Positions 13,064 through 25,576 of a stretch of 64,000 nucleotides of DNA are shown one piece after another. Source of the DNA: Sarea resinae (Eukaryota). The position numbers and the translations under genes were made by a program. Numbering within the stretch: position 1 is the first letter of the stretch; each line of letters begins with the position of its first letter. The stretch is taken from the NCBI GenBank assembly GCA_026026165.1, contig JAPEUD010000011.1, positions 62,001-126,000 on the forward strand, written 5' to 3'. Under the pieces are notes generated by a model. That model was given only the letters and a program-made list of their open reading frames with translations, was not told the origin of the DNA and searched no databases.

Positions 13064-14037
13064 CACCACCGCTGAGATAGGCGTAGACCGAGATTGCGAC
13101 TCTTGGGGCAAGACTGAGGGTGGAGATATGTATCGATAGATCGACTTGGTTGGTGGCCGCAGTGCCTCAGATGTGGCGTCCTCGCATGAGCGAGGACTGT
13201 CCTGTCCTGGCCCGTCCTGTGAACAGGCTTCGTATTCCGTCGAAGGTCCGTCAACCTGCCCCTGTCTAAGGAGTCCTTTGTGCTAGAACGTGGATCCGGA
13301 TTCCTGGAGGTGCTTCAGCGTCCTTCGACCGTCACCGCGATGGAGTCAGTCTTCACATGACTTCGAGGGCCGCAGTTCATAGCAACTGGCTGGCCAAGCC
13401 GATACGCCGTTGTGATGGCAGTTCGAGGTCGAAGATGGCACAAGCTCTGCCGGATTCGTCGACAGGTAGCTTCTTCAATGGGGATGGCGCAACTCGTGGC
13501 CGCCGCAGCTGCTAACGTGCTTGTGAGAGGGCAACGGAAGATTCAAGGGCGCCGCGGAAGGCGGGAGGATGTTACACGGGCTCTCACCAAATGTGGTGGT
13601 GGATGCGGCCCTGGACGAAGATGCGCGACTTTTGAAGAGAGGACGGAAGAAGGGCACACACACAGGTATCATGATTTATTGAGCGTTGCCCTCATTTATG
13701 ATTACCTTACCTTAGCATTCGACTACTGAGGTATGACTACGCCTGATACTGTTCGGCAGACTGGCTGCAGCACGCACACGGGGCGGAACCAGCTTCAGGG
13801 CGGGCTGTTGGCATCCGTGGGATACTCCATAGTAGTCAGTCGGGCAGGGACTCAGGGAGAGGGCCCTGGAGAATGCATGGTCGAGAACGCCAAAAGACCG
13901 TCGCTACCAAGTCGCTACCAGTCACGACCGGTCTTAGCCTGGCCATCGGCCCTCGAAGACGACCGACGGGACGTACACGGTACCTACGGGCTACTTGGCT
14001 GGCGCCGCATTGGAGTCCCGTGAACCTCATCTCCACC

Positions 14038-14082
14038 GCAGAGACGGCAGAGACAGCAGAGACGGCAGAGGCAGGAGAGACG
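14038..14082. repeat. 9-bp minisatellite (GCAGAGACR)x5, degenerate
   Basis: Units read GCAGAGACG GCAGAGACA GCAGAGACG GCAGAGGCA GGAGAGACG. Confidence 0.8.
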
Positions 14083-14810
14083 GCCCAGGCAGGGCGAACA
14101 AGGCAGACAAGGCAGCCAGGGCATCGAGGGTCGATAGAGGAGACGGCAGAAACACGTCCGGAGAGCAGAGAGCAGAGAGAAGACTCTGGCGTATTCGGTG
14201 CAGAAGGGCAAGGAGAGACATCGACTCCAGAGTATGGATCCATCGACCCTCGAGAAGAGCAGGTAGCAACTTCATGTCTCGCGGATCTCCACACGAGTCC
14301 GAACTCCACGACTGCCCTGGGTACTGCGAGGTACTCCGGAGTACTGCGTACCTGACTCCACTGTGTCGTAAGCTCAAGTTCACTTGTAGCTTCCACGTCC
14401 TGGTCGTCCTGGCCGAGAGATCGATCCTCTTCTCCATGATACTTTCCGTGGTCTCGAGATACGCGAGCTCGCTATCTTGATACAAACTTACTAAGGTATG
14501 TACGAACTCCCCTTGGCTGTGACGAATCTTGTTCTCGTCACCATGGATTGCTCTTCTTCACGGAGCCAAGGATGAAGATGGATCCAGAGAACAAGGAAAT
14601 CGATTGCACTCTACTGCGTCTGGCTACCGTGAATGGGCAATGAGGACGACCGTCTCTCGCGATCTTGTCTGGGACAGTATGTCATTGGATGGTGCAAGGA
14701 GACCGATCCGATCATCTTTATTTTCTGGTTGATTTTGAACATGCACTGCTGCTTCGATCCACCATGTGAAACAGCCAATGATGCGTCTGAAAACTGCGGA
14801 AATGCAAAAG

Positions 14811-17800
14811 CTAATACTCATCGCGATATTCCCTTCGAACCTCGTATCCCTCTCCCTCGCCATACCCACGATCAGCCCCGTACTCCTCTTCCCTCTGAAA
14901 CTCACCCTCTAGACCCCTCTCTTCGGTTTCTGGTGCCCTTCCAAAGCCACGCTCACCATACTCTCTCTCCGGCAGTCGTTCTTCAACGTACGACGGACGC
15001 TCGCGGGCGCGCTCGTCTCCGTACTCGTCTCGCTCACCCCCCGGATACTCACTGGCTCGGTGAGCCGGTTCTGCTTGTGGTTCGCGATATCCGCCGTATT
15101 CTACGCCTTCCCCAGCATCATACCTAGAACGATCTCCACCGTAGTCGGCTTCGCGGGGTCCTCCATAACCTCTAGACTCAGTGCCGTAATCCTCATACTG
15201 CGGACCTCGGCTCGGGCGCGATTCGTTCTCGGACCCAGAGTCGCTGCCAGAATGGTGATGATGGTGGTGGTGATGATGATGCTTCTCTTTGTGCTCGTGA
15301 TGGTGCTCTCTCTTACGGTCCTCGTCAGATCCCTCTTCTGTACCGAATCGTGATCCTTGATGCCTGTCGCGTGTTAGCAAAGCCATCCTCCGGTACTATT
15401 CCGACGTACTTAGTTTCATACGAGTAGAATTCGCCTTCGGTTGATAGCCCCTCACGTCGAACATTAGACTCCCACGAGCCTCCAGGTCTTTCATAATTCC
15501 TCTCGGTCTTCTGCTCATACGCGCCGCCATAAGAGGGCCGTGTTTCAACGCTCTCCTGGAAGCCATACCCACTCGACGCATCTCTCCCGTCTTGTTCATA
15601 TCGCCGATATTCTTGACGACCTCCCCCGCCAAGGAAGGATGTTTGACTGTACTGTGCCTGTCCAGCTCTGTCCTCATCCTCAACATTGACAGGCCGGTGT
15701 CGGCCGGTATCCGTGTAGCTCTGAGTGAAAGAACCGTCTCCGGCATACTCCTCTCGGTGATACTTTTTCCTTTCGTCGCCACCGCCATTGAAGGCGTCTC
15801 CTAGTAAATTGGCTCCAACCCCGCCGACGAGCCCTCCAACGACAGTGCCAAGTGCCCCCCCACCTACAGCTTCCTCGGCAAACTTGCTGACACCTCCCAT
15901 GACTTCGGTAGATCCAGCAGATTGATTGCTGTAGAAGCCTTGTGACCCACTGCCATCTGCGAAGGCCTGTCCCAGTCCACCAAGAACCGCAGCTCGCCCT
16001 CCTATCACTCCTGAACTGCCCGAAGTGGCTGCTGTCGGCATGCCCAAAGGCTTACCACATCCGTGCCCCGAGTCATGAACACCCTCCTTGTGGTTGCGCC
16101 CTTGTTCGACCCCATCACGGCTCAGCTGGTCTCGCAATTCGGCTTGTTCTTGCTCATCCTTGTTCGCCCACCACCCTTGCACCACTCCAAACATCAATTG
16201 ACGACAGTCGCGAGCCCCGTCGTCTCCATAGCCGCATAAAGCAGGATGATGGAATACCCCACTGATGACCCGATTGAGTGTTCGATTAACGTCAATACGT
16301 TCGTCGTCCCAACAAGCAATGATCTGGGGGACCACCCATTTGAGAACTTGACTGGCCACTTTTCCAGCGGGTTCGTTGAGGATGTTTGAAAAGTGGTCCT
16401 TTGAGATCATAGAATGCGTGGGGTCGGAACAATGATCATCATTGAAGACAATGAGCTGCTTGTCTTTGCTGCTTTGGATAATCTCTGATGATCCCGTAGC
16501 CAACTCCGTCTTGACCTGCTCAACAACGGGAAGTATGAAAGGCGCCAAAAGAGAGAACACAAATATGTTGATCTGGTCTTGGATCTGTTCGATGAGGTCG
16601 GGAAGGACGGGAATTTTTTCGATAGCCTCTGTAATACTCTGCATGATATCATCATGCCATTCGAGGATGGGATAGATCTGCTTCGAGACTTCATCGAGCT
16701 GTTTTGTGAAAGCTTCCGGTTGGCGAGGCGTAACATGCAAGTTTTGCATCTGTGCGGCCTGCGCGTTTGCTTGCAGCTCGTCGACCTTGCCGGCTTGGTC
16801 CTTGCCGCCAAATAAGCCGGAGGGCAACTGGCTTAACAGGTCTTGAAGTATGCTAGTGTTCTCGCCTTGACCAGATTGGCGCATAGTACCCTCTAGTTCC
16901 TGCAGCTCAGACTGGGTAACCTTGTCGGAGAATTCCCCCATGACCGAGTGCAAGAAGTCGACGCCTCCAAATGTGCCAGTCACGATTGGATACACAGGTC
17001 CCCGAGCTCCTTGTAGCTGAACAAGCGTCTGTCGCCCAACGTGTGGGAAGATTTCTCTCTCCCCCATCTCGATCAATGTAAGCTCCGTGTAATTAGAGTG
17101 GGCAGAGTAGTCCCTATCATATGTCAGATTTCACGTTCCTTTGCCTTTGAAGAGGAATCCATACTCAAGACAGTGATTTGCAGTACCCAACAGTCGTAAT
17201 GCTTCATAAAGATCTGCCTCATTGTGTGTGCGTGCATATTGTCTTCCGAGATGTATGCTTCGACCATAGAGATTTCGAACCAATCCTGCTGAAGTGACAA
17301 TACCGAGCTCCTCAGACGCGATGTAATTCTTCAAACCGGTCTAATTCCATGAAAAGTTTGTCAGATATGATCATTCCATCGGATTATGGCTGTAGGGCTC
17401 ACGTGTGCATTGATTGATAGCTCCCGACGCTCATCCACTGGGCCTCTTAGACGAGGGTCATATTCTCGAGCATCCAAGTTATCGGCGTAATCCTTGGGGT
17501 TGTCAATGTGCTCCTCAGGACGGTAGCAACCAAGCCTCTCCGTGGTGACCTCGAATTCCTTCGTGCCATAACCGAAGCTCAAGAACCCCAAAACCCATAG
17601 AACGATTCGGATAGCTTCAGCGCTAACATATTTGACTGTGCCGACATCGACAGCCTGAGAATAATCACGAAGCCAGTTTCCGAAATAGACCCTTTTGACA
17701 TCAAGCTTGGAGAATTTCTTTCCACCAGCAGCTCGAGATATAAGTAGGGTTAGGAGGGTATCTTCAATATCTCCGTGCCTCCAGTTCTGCCCTTCAACTT

Positions 17801-17909
17801 TGGAGGTCGAAGCAATATTCCCTGCGCCAAAGGCGTGGGCCGGTCGAGCGATCAGAACTAGGACAAGAAGGCAGGAGATGATGATCGGGAAGGGCGGTGA
17901 AGACGGCAT
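14811..17909 (-). CDS. het-c: HET-C family protein (het-c/TinC-like) with signal peptide and a Gly-rich, charged C-terminus
   Basis: Exons 17909-17403, 17340-17165, 17113-15410, 15363-14811. A signal peptide is followed by AFGAGNIAS..NWRHGDIED, YFGNWLRDYSQ, LGCYRPEEHIDNPKDY, HCLEDYSAHSNY and DPTHSMISKDHF, all hallmarks of Het-C. Confidence 0.93.
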
Positions 17910-20900
17910 GGCTGGCGGTTGCTGTAGGTCTCTCGCCTCAGGCCGAGTAAAACACCTGCTTAACAAGTGCAGAGGATGCAAGCGTCTTTCCTGATTTTGT
18001 TGCTTTGAAAGAAGTCGCCTTGTGGCCTTATTCACGACTTTTAAGCACAATTGAGGCTGACGTGGAATAGTATCGGCTCGCGACACGATAGTGGGGTGGT
18101 GGGGTTGCCGATCACTTCGTATTCAACAGAGGGCAAGGTCGAGCTTGGGCCAATAATGACAGAGACATCAGCCAAGAGCTCGGTTTGACGTGCAAACACA
18201 GCCGCTTTTCGAAGAAGGCGTGCAAGAAACACCAAGAGAGGTTTTTTTTGGTAGTGGAACAGTAAGTGAGAGAGGTATGATCATATGGCGATGTTTGGTG
18301 GGCTACTATTCTGCCTTGTTGTCCTCACTACCTGCCCGCTGCCCAGGCTGCTCCAGCTCTCCTTCACCGGACCCGTCTGCCATTGTGAATTTGTAGCGCT
18401 GATCAGTGTGCATCAGTAGGGCAGGTACGCATCTATTCACTGAGATTTCAATAATTTATTTTGGCTGATCGATAAATATCGTCGATGAGAAAGAAATGAT
18501 TTGAGACTCTACTCGATGACAATGCAATCGAAGGTTACCTGTTACGTATGTATCAGAGGACGGGAGTTTCTCACGAAGAAGTGAAAGAAAAGGGACCAAG
18601 GGACCAAGGGACCATCCAAAAGTACCTTACCTTCCTCGGGCTACTGCGCAGTACTTCGGAGTAGCTGGAGGTGACTTTGCGCCCATCCACCCACCATCCG
18701 GAGCGCCGCACGTTACTCGCTACTATGTACTGAAGTAGAGTACACCCGCCCTTTACGGAGTACTCTGTACTCTACCTGTACAATACGTATCAGCACCACT
18801 GATCACCTCGGTGGTCAAAGTCCGCCTTCATCGACGGCACGACTACTCCGGAGTACCTACCTTACCTCACAGTGGACACCTCGAGGAATCATTCATCATA
18901 CGGGAGGGAGCCATAACTTATGGATGTCAAATCCTTCAGACTCGACCTACTTGCTTCTACCGAAGAGCGGGCTTAAGGCTAGCTGCCGCTGCTCCCGTCC
19001 ACTAGGTACTCCGGACTACGTGTAAGGTAAGGTGAGGCCTGTACGGAGTACTGCGGTACCGAGGATGCCATCTGACTGTCCCCGTCAACCCCTGGCCCGC
19101 TGCCCTTAGCACTCCCAGAGACACTTGGTAGGTAATTGCTTGTACCTTGTCTTACCAGATAAGGCCATCATCCGATGGATCGAGTCTTGGCTCTCTCTCC
19201 TCTTTGCCCTCTTCAGGATCTGCCCACCCAATACTATTGATGCCAAGCGGCGGTGATAGCCACAGGTCACAAGATGGACATTCGTCCGCCCAGAACACGT
19301 CCGGATGGTGTCGGACCGATTCACGACTGAGCCCGTTTCCGACATCAAGAACAGGACATCCATGGATGCTCCTCTGGTCAGCATTACGGAGTAGTTGATC
19401 GATGAGCGTATCCGGCCCGGAAGATAGATCATTGCGCCTCAAGTCGTTCAGTCTATTCTCGGAGTCGAAGTTGGGTTTACGTCTGAAGTGGATAGAGGAT
19501 GGGATTTCTACAAGTGTGCACGCGCCAGGTGCCAATTGCCTTATGCATAAGGCAATCATTTGCAGACTCCGACCAAGCGCAGAGTCTCTACTGAAGTACC
19601 TCACGAGGTTTGAATGAGATCTGTACGGAATACGGAGTACCGAGATTTGATTTGTCTGTTTACTGCCCTCGCCAGAAGAGAACAGAGTTAATTGGAAGAG
19701 GGCTACTATGTACTGCGTGAGAGACGCGCAGCGCAGACACGCATCGGTCCTTGTAGCACTTCACTCTCTCTCTCTCTCTCTCTCTTACTACTCCGTACTC
19801 CGTATGTACGAATGGAAGTCCTTCGAGCGATCCAGGCTGGCGGGCTCGGTCCCGGGCTCGTGCTCGTGCTCGTGCTCGTACATGACCCGCTTTTTGCACA
19901 TCATAATGAAGTGTTTCGCGTACCGAGAGGTACCTGTCGCACGAGATTGTGGTACGATAATACCTCGGACTACTTCCGACCAGGGTTAGGCCGACCTGGG
20001 AAGTCGCTCATATCGCATCTCATCCGCAGGTGCCGGTTCAGCTGGTCTGATTGGTGGTGCGCCGTTCAAACATCTCCAGCCATGATGTACCCGGAGATAC
20101 AAGGCACGGAAGTAGTCCGTACCCGGACAATCAAATCAAATGAGAAGTTTGAATGGATGATGGGATAGATCATCTTACAGTACGATCTCGCCGTACAGTA
20201 TCGATCGGAGGCAATTAAATGAGAGAGCGGAGTTGGTTCCAGGCTGCACCGGATATTAGCATCACTGTACATTTACTAGCGATCGTAGTTGTAGTTGTTG
20301 AATTATTCGACTCTTACAACTTCTTCCTCCTCTTCACTTTTCTACACTTCTTTATCTCACGGCTTCCGCGGGCTATTATCGACTCGCATGCATCGTTGCT
20401 GAGAGACGAAGGGACTCAAGTACCGTCATCCGTTGCTCGTGCCTCCAGCTGTCGTGTTCCGCCTGCCTCGCCCTGCCTCGCGCCTCGGCTGATACGCGCT
20501 CCGAGCTGCGATTGTAGTGAATTTCCGCCATAAGCGGCAGGAGAAAAAGACAGTGCCCGCCCTCTTCACAAGCAAATTCTCGAGGGGCCCACAGCTCTCG
20601 TCGAGCGATCTCGAACAGAAGAGCACATCCGCTTCCTTCCGCTGGATTCATTCCACTCAGATCTTACGCCTCGGACTGAGGTCAGCACTTGAGCTCTCAT
20701 CATCGCGACCGGGCGGGACGGAACGGGATTTACCCCACACATCGCCTCGAGACCCTCAAATCAACCTTCTCTCGATCTGACCGACTCTCAACACTCTGAA
20801 GAGACGCCTTTTCGCTCTGGCCGACCGGCTGATGTTGTGGCCCGCAATACCTGCGCGATAGCTTTCACCTCTAGTTGCTGTCAGAAAATGGTCCAGCGAT

Positions 20901-20990
20901 AGTGCCAGGCCCACGACTAATCTATTCTCGCTACCTACCGCTCCTACATTTAGATATCGACACTCCCATAACTTCCAGCCCGCTACCAGA

Positions 20991-22448
20991 ATGATGGACA
21001 CGCTACCCATGGCCAAACCCCGCTCTTCCTATCATGGGGGTGCCAGTGTGCGCTCGCGTTGTTCGGACGAGACACCAGCGACATTGGCATCAGATACGCC
21101 GGCGACATCTTATCATCTATCTAGCATCTCTGATGGATCTGGCTTCTCCACGGAATGGAAAGACACAACGCAGTCGCACCCGTCACCATCATCACGTTCT
21201 TCGAAAATGATGAAGATCAAGAGTATATCTACCCACGGCGTGGCTTCCATGTCACGGGAACCATCCGCTCACGGAAAGCTACACAAACGCACGAATTCAG
21301 CATCACCTCCAGCCATTTCGAACTCTCCCGACACCTACTCGACAACAACACCCAACTTCCCCGAGTACAATGAGTCAACGCCCGGCCAAGAGACGCCTTT
21401 ACCAAGGACCACTTCTTCAGGATCTTTATCGAAGACGAAGACCAAAATTAAGCCGTTTATCCGTAGATTCACGCCACGCGAAAGCAATTCGCTGGATCTA
21501 TCTCGTTCCGTCACCGAGAATGGCGATCTGCTCGGCCTCGGAATCTATGGATCTGACACGGGAACTGGCCCACAGACCGCAGCTGATGTTGCATTCGTCC
21601 GGACTGGTAGGACCGGCGGTCCACACAATCGTTCTACCAGCGGCGCTTCTCAGTACTCTGACTCAAGCTCGGTCAATCAGAAATCGGGCTCACAGTACAT
21701 TCATCCAATGCGACAGCGTCCGCATAGTCCACCGCGGGCGCAGTCCTATCCGCTGGTGACGGGCGATGATGATCTTGTACAAGAACGTGAGGAATATCAG
21801 GACCACCTTCCTCGAGATCGGCCTTTCCGCTCCTCGACATGGTCAACTCCTCGACCGAACCCGCCCTTGCGCGTTCGAACCAGTACTGGATCAGCTAATC
21901 GCCTCCTGAATGGTTCGCAACCAAACCTCACTGGTACGGCTTCACTAGACACAAGCGGGGAAACTTTGAGGTCAAGTGATACGATCTCACCACTCTCTCG
22001 CCCGTCTTTGGATCTGAATTTCAAAATTCGGAGCAGAGAACCTCTTGATGCGGCAGAGCGCGCTGCGTCAATCAGGGCCGCAAGAAAAGCATTTTCCGAG
22101 AAGGAAGCCGCAAAGGCTCGCAAGGCGGAGGAGGAAGAAATGAGGCACGCTGATCGTCAGCTTCGAAAAGAGCATCGGCGGAGGTCAGAGGGCTGGGATC
22201 GTCCGAAAGCAAAGACCAGCGGCGAAAGTGAAAAGGCACCGTGTCTTGAGGCCAACGAACCAACCGAAAGACCTCAGCCGTCGGGATATCATACTCAGAA
22301 GTCCGAGCCTATCTCGGAGCCTAGTTCCCCGCGCGCAAGGCCCAGCATACCAGCAACCCGAGCAGCGAAGAGCCGATGGATTGCGTTTCTCACTTGGTTG
22401 AGGATGAAGTTGTATAGGCTAGGCAAGAAAACGCATCTTGCGGTTTGA
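20991..22448 (+). CDS. Hypothetical Ser/Thr/Pro-rich protein (485 aa) with a coiled-coil segment and amphipathic C-terminal helix
   Basis: Long intronless ORF. It contains the motifs LGLGIY and YIHPMRQ.P, a coiled-coil segment (IRAARKAFSEKEAAKARK) and the C-terminal AAKSRWIAFLTWLRMKL. Confidence 0.8.
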   Translation: MMDTLPMAKPRSSYHGGASVRSRCSDETPATLASDTPATSYHLSSISDGSGFSTEWKDTTQSHPSPSSRSSKMMKIKSISTHGVASMSREPSAHGKLHKRTNSASPPAISNSPDTYSTTTPNFPEYNESTPGQETPLPRTTSSGSLSKTKTKIKPFIRRFTPRESNSLDLSRSVTENGDLLGLGIYGSDTGTGPQTAADVAFVRTGRTGGPHNRSTSGASQYSDSSSVNQKSGSQYIHPMRQRPHSPPRAQSYPLVTGDDDLVQEREEYQDHLPRDRPFRSSTWSTPRPNPPLRVRTSTGSANRLLNGSQPNLTGTASLDTSGETLRSSDTISPLSRPSLDLNFKIRSREPLDAAERAASIRAARKAFSEKEAAKARKAEEEEMRHADRQLRKEHRRRSEGWDRPKAKTSGESEKAPCLEANEPTERPQPSGYHTQKSEPISEPSSPRARPSIPATRAAKSRWIAFLTWLRMKLYRLGKKTHLAV

Positions 22449-23149
22449 GGATATAGCCTGGAAATTGATGGTGTGGGGCGGGGTTTGGAACGGTGGACTT
22501 GAACTATTCCTGGTGCTCTTGGGTCATAGGGCGGCGTGGCGTTCTCGTTTGAGGCAGGGCATGCCATGACATACATCTTGCACGGATTGGCGTTGGTCTG
22601 TCTTCATTGGATCTTTGGCATGGTGGATGATGAATGGATGCTAGTCATTGACTATTGGCGTTATTCAGGTAGTCTCAGTAGCACGGTGGGCGGCGTAGCT
22701 GGTTCTTCTACATTATTGAGTCGTCGAATCAATACAAGCATACCAGCATGATTCTAAGATAGATCCCAAGATGGATTGGATCGCATCACAATCATGAATG
22801 AACTCACACTCACCACTAGTGCATCTGCTGTCGACCGTAGTGACCCTACCACACCCATTGAATCCGCTCACACATTTCTCAGCCGTCGTTCGCTTACGAG
22901 GCCAATCAGAATGCCACCAGCAAGAATTCCTTCCTTACTTCACCTTCCTTCATGGATCGATCTTACCTTACCCTACTGGAATAGTGCAGGTCCATGGGTG
23001 CCCTCGCAAGACGACGCAGCAAAAGCCAACACCACCGAACACCTCCACTCACCGCACTCGACTGGCATCTACACCAACAACGCAGTTTGTCCAGAATCAT
23101 CGTGAAACGCGTCGACGGCCCACGTCTTTCGCACGTCAGTCTGCCCAGC

Positions 23150-25211
23150 ATGGTGTACGATTGGGAAGGCAAGGAGGAAATCTGCTATAAGATGTACATC
23201 GAGGAGAAGAAATCCCTCGAGGAGATCATGGACTTCATGAAGACTCAATACAACTTCGCTCCGAGGTACTGTCGCGTCCTCTTTCTGCACCTCCCAACGC
23301 ACTACATACCCTTCTGGGTGACCGCACAGCGCGGTTACCTTAGCTACCTTACGGACTGATCTCTTTGTCCGCTGCTGTCGATGGCATCGTTGCTGCCTCG
23401 TCGGATCCCTCCTCCCCTCCCTCGACGCGTGCGTTCATATCCACAGCCGCTAACATGACCGACCCGTTTCTAGCAAACGCGCTTTTCAAACCCAATTCAA
23501 ACGATGGGAATTTCCAAGCAAACAGAATCCCGCCCACAAGAATGCTCCTCTCGTCGCTCGCGTCAAAGAGCTCTGGGAGCGTAACACCAGCCAGAAGGAC
23601 ATGCTGAGGATCCTGAACGAAGAGGATGGATTTGACATCAAAGAGCGAGAGCTCATGAGGGTGCGAGCGAAGCACCGATGGCTGCTGCGGGTTCCCAACG
23701 GAATGAAGAGCCAACAGCATCGACTCCCTGCTCCGCAGGAACTTCAAGAAGTGACCATGCAAGATCTGGAGCAAGTCCTTCTTCAACAGCAGCAACAACA
23801 GCAACAGCAACAGCAGCATGAGGAGCAGGAAGAGAACAAAGACGCGCCTTTTGATAATGGTGCGGATCCGCTCAGAATCGAGAGACAGCCTTCGCCTGAG
23901 TTGTCTCCTGAAGTCATCGCGAAGAGACGGGAGAGAATGGAGCGACTGCAGCTGGAGAGTGCCGAGAGATGGGCTTCGCGAAAGCGTAGACGTCGGACAC
24001 GCGGCTGGGCCGGGTTGCCTGCGGATCCCCCTGGACCTCCGAGGTTTCCTTCCGAGACGACCATAGACGAGAGCAAGCAGTTTCTCAACCTCAACAATGA
24101 GCTCTACAGGCAAATCAGAGACCATTTCCAGAGCATCTGCGAAGAGAATGGATTCATCAAGAAGACGATCGCCGGTCCGGAGCGCTGGCAGGCCGCCAAG
24201 GACAGGCTCATCGCGGAGTCACCTCACCTGCAATCAGTCTTCTGGGGCAATAACACGCAGCTCGAAAATAAGGCGCTGGCGTTGGATGTTGTCTGTACGG
24301 ACGTGACGAAGCGGATGCGAACTCTTGAACGACGGATGACTATCGCGGAAGCAAAGAACGCCTTGGGTATCAATCCTGAAGAGTCTCGACAGGTTCGAAA
24401 CGCCTTCTACGAGACGCTCAAGTCCGACCATTTCACGAGCAAGCTAGAAGCTGGCGATGAGCACTGGAAGGAGTTGAAAGAGCAGTGGATCCAGAGCTCC
24501 GTCCTCTTGAAGCAGATTCTTGCGCCTGGAGATGCGGATCCGCAACATGCGACAAAGGTTAAAGCTATGGAAGTTCTTTGCAGGGACGTCATGAAGCGCC
24601 TTCGCGACGATCAAACAAAGCGCGATCCTTCAAGAAAGAAGTCGTCAAACAATGTGACGGGTCTCGCACGGCCCAAGGCAGTCGCCCCTGCAGCCACAAT
24701 GCAGACACCACAAGCTCCTTCGCAGTCTCCGCAGCCCCAGCCAGCAGAACCACCGCAGGAAGAGCCCCAAGATTCTCAACAACAGGAGAGTGATCATGGC
24801 GACCTACAGATTGACCCATCTCTTCTACTCGCTGCCAATGACCCCTCGCTCGCTATGGACCAACAGCAGCAGCAACAATTTGCGTCGTCTTCCTTTGCCC
24901 CCTCGGCTGCATATCCGCCTCCGCCTATGGCCATTCCGGTATACTTTCGACTGAGCCCGTTGTCGCAAATCCAGCACAATACTAAGCTCTGGTTGGGTAC
25001 GCTTACCTCTAATTCAGTTATTGAGCTCCGGCAACTGGCCCTTTCAAAGCATCCCAACGCCACACTTGTCCGAATAGAGGGGATGGTGAAAGATGCAAAT
25101 GGAAACGATGTGTCTTTTGAGATTGACGAAGACGACGAGCTTGACGCTTATCTTGCTCACGTCAATGGGGGAAAAGCTACGTTTGTCGTTCAACTTGCAA
25201 ATGGGTATTGA
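23150..25211 (+). CDS. Clr5-domain protein with polyQ tract and a possible PB1-like C-terminal domain
   Basis: Exons 23150-23265 and 23474-25211. The N-terminus MVYDWEGKEEICYKMYIEEKKSLEEIMDFMKTQYNFAPSKRAFQTQFKRWEFPSKQ is typical of Clr5 domains. A (CAG/CAA) run lies at ~23785-23817. Confidence 0.88.
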
Positions 25212-25576
25212 GTTCAAGGTTTTCTCGCGTTCGGTTTCGTAGTCTGTATATAAGGTCTCAGGAGTCTGAGCTGGCGGATATGGGGGGGTCAATCCTGGTT
25301 GCGATCCGGTCATAAGGCAGGGGAGTACCTAGGAGGCTGGCTGGGCTCGCTTCAAAGCGGCGATCGCTAAGCGTCATCCGCGGTTCGGATGAGGACATTT
25401 GCTACCCCGAGTTATCAATGATTTCGATGCTTCGTAAAGGTGCACTCGCCAGCCAGGTGTAGAGCTTAATAACAACTTTTCAATTCGAAGAAGTTGATTC
25501 AGATCTTCGTGCGCTATGATTTAGGTTGTTGAATTCTATTGCCGACGCTTGCTTTTAAAAACTCCACTCACTCAAT

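Noticed and set aside
13836..14485. Four overlapping 150-186 aa ORFs on both strands
   Set aside because: They are kept open by the 9-bp GC-rich minisatellite and show no protein-like features.
19152..19604. 150-aa minus-strand ORF between het-c and the 20991 gene
   Set aside because: Non-ATG start and no recognisable domain; it lies within the motif-rich promoter region.
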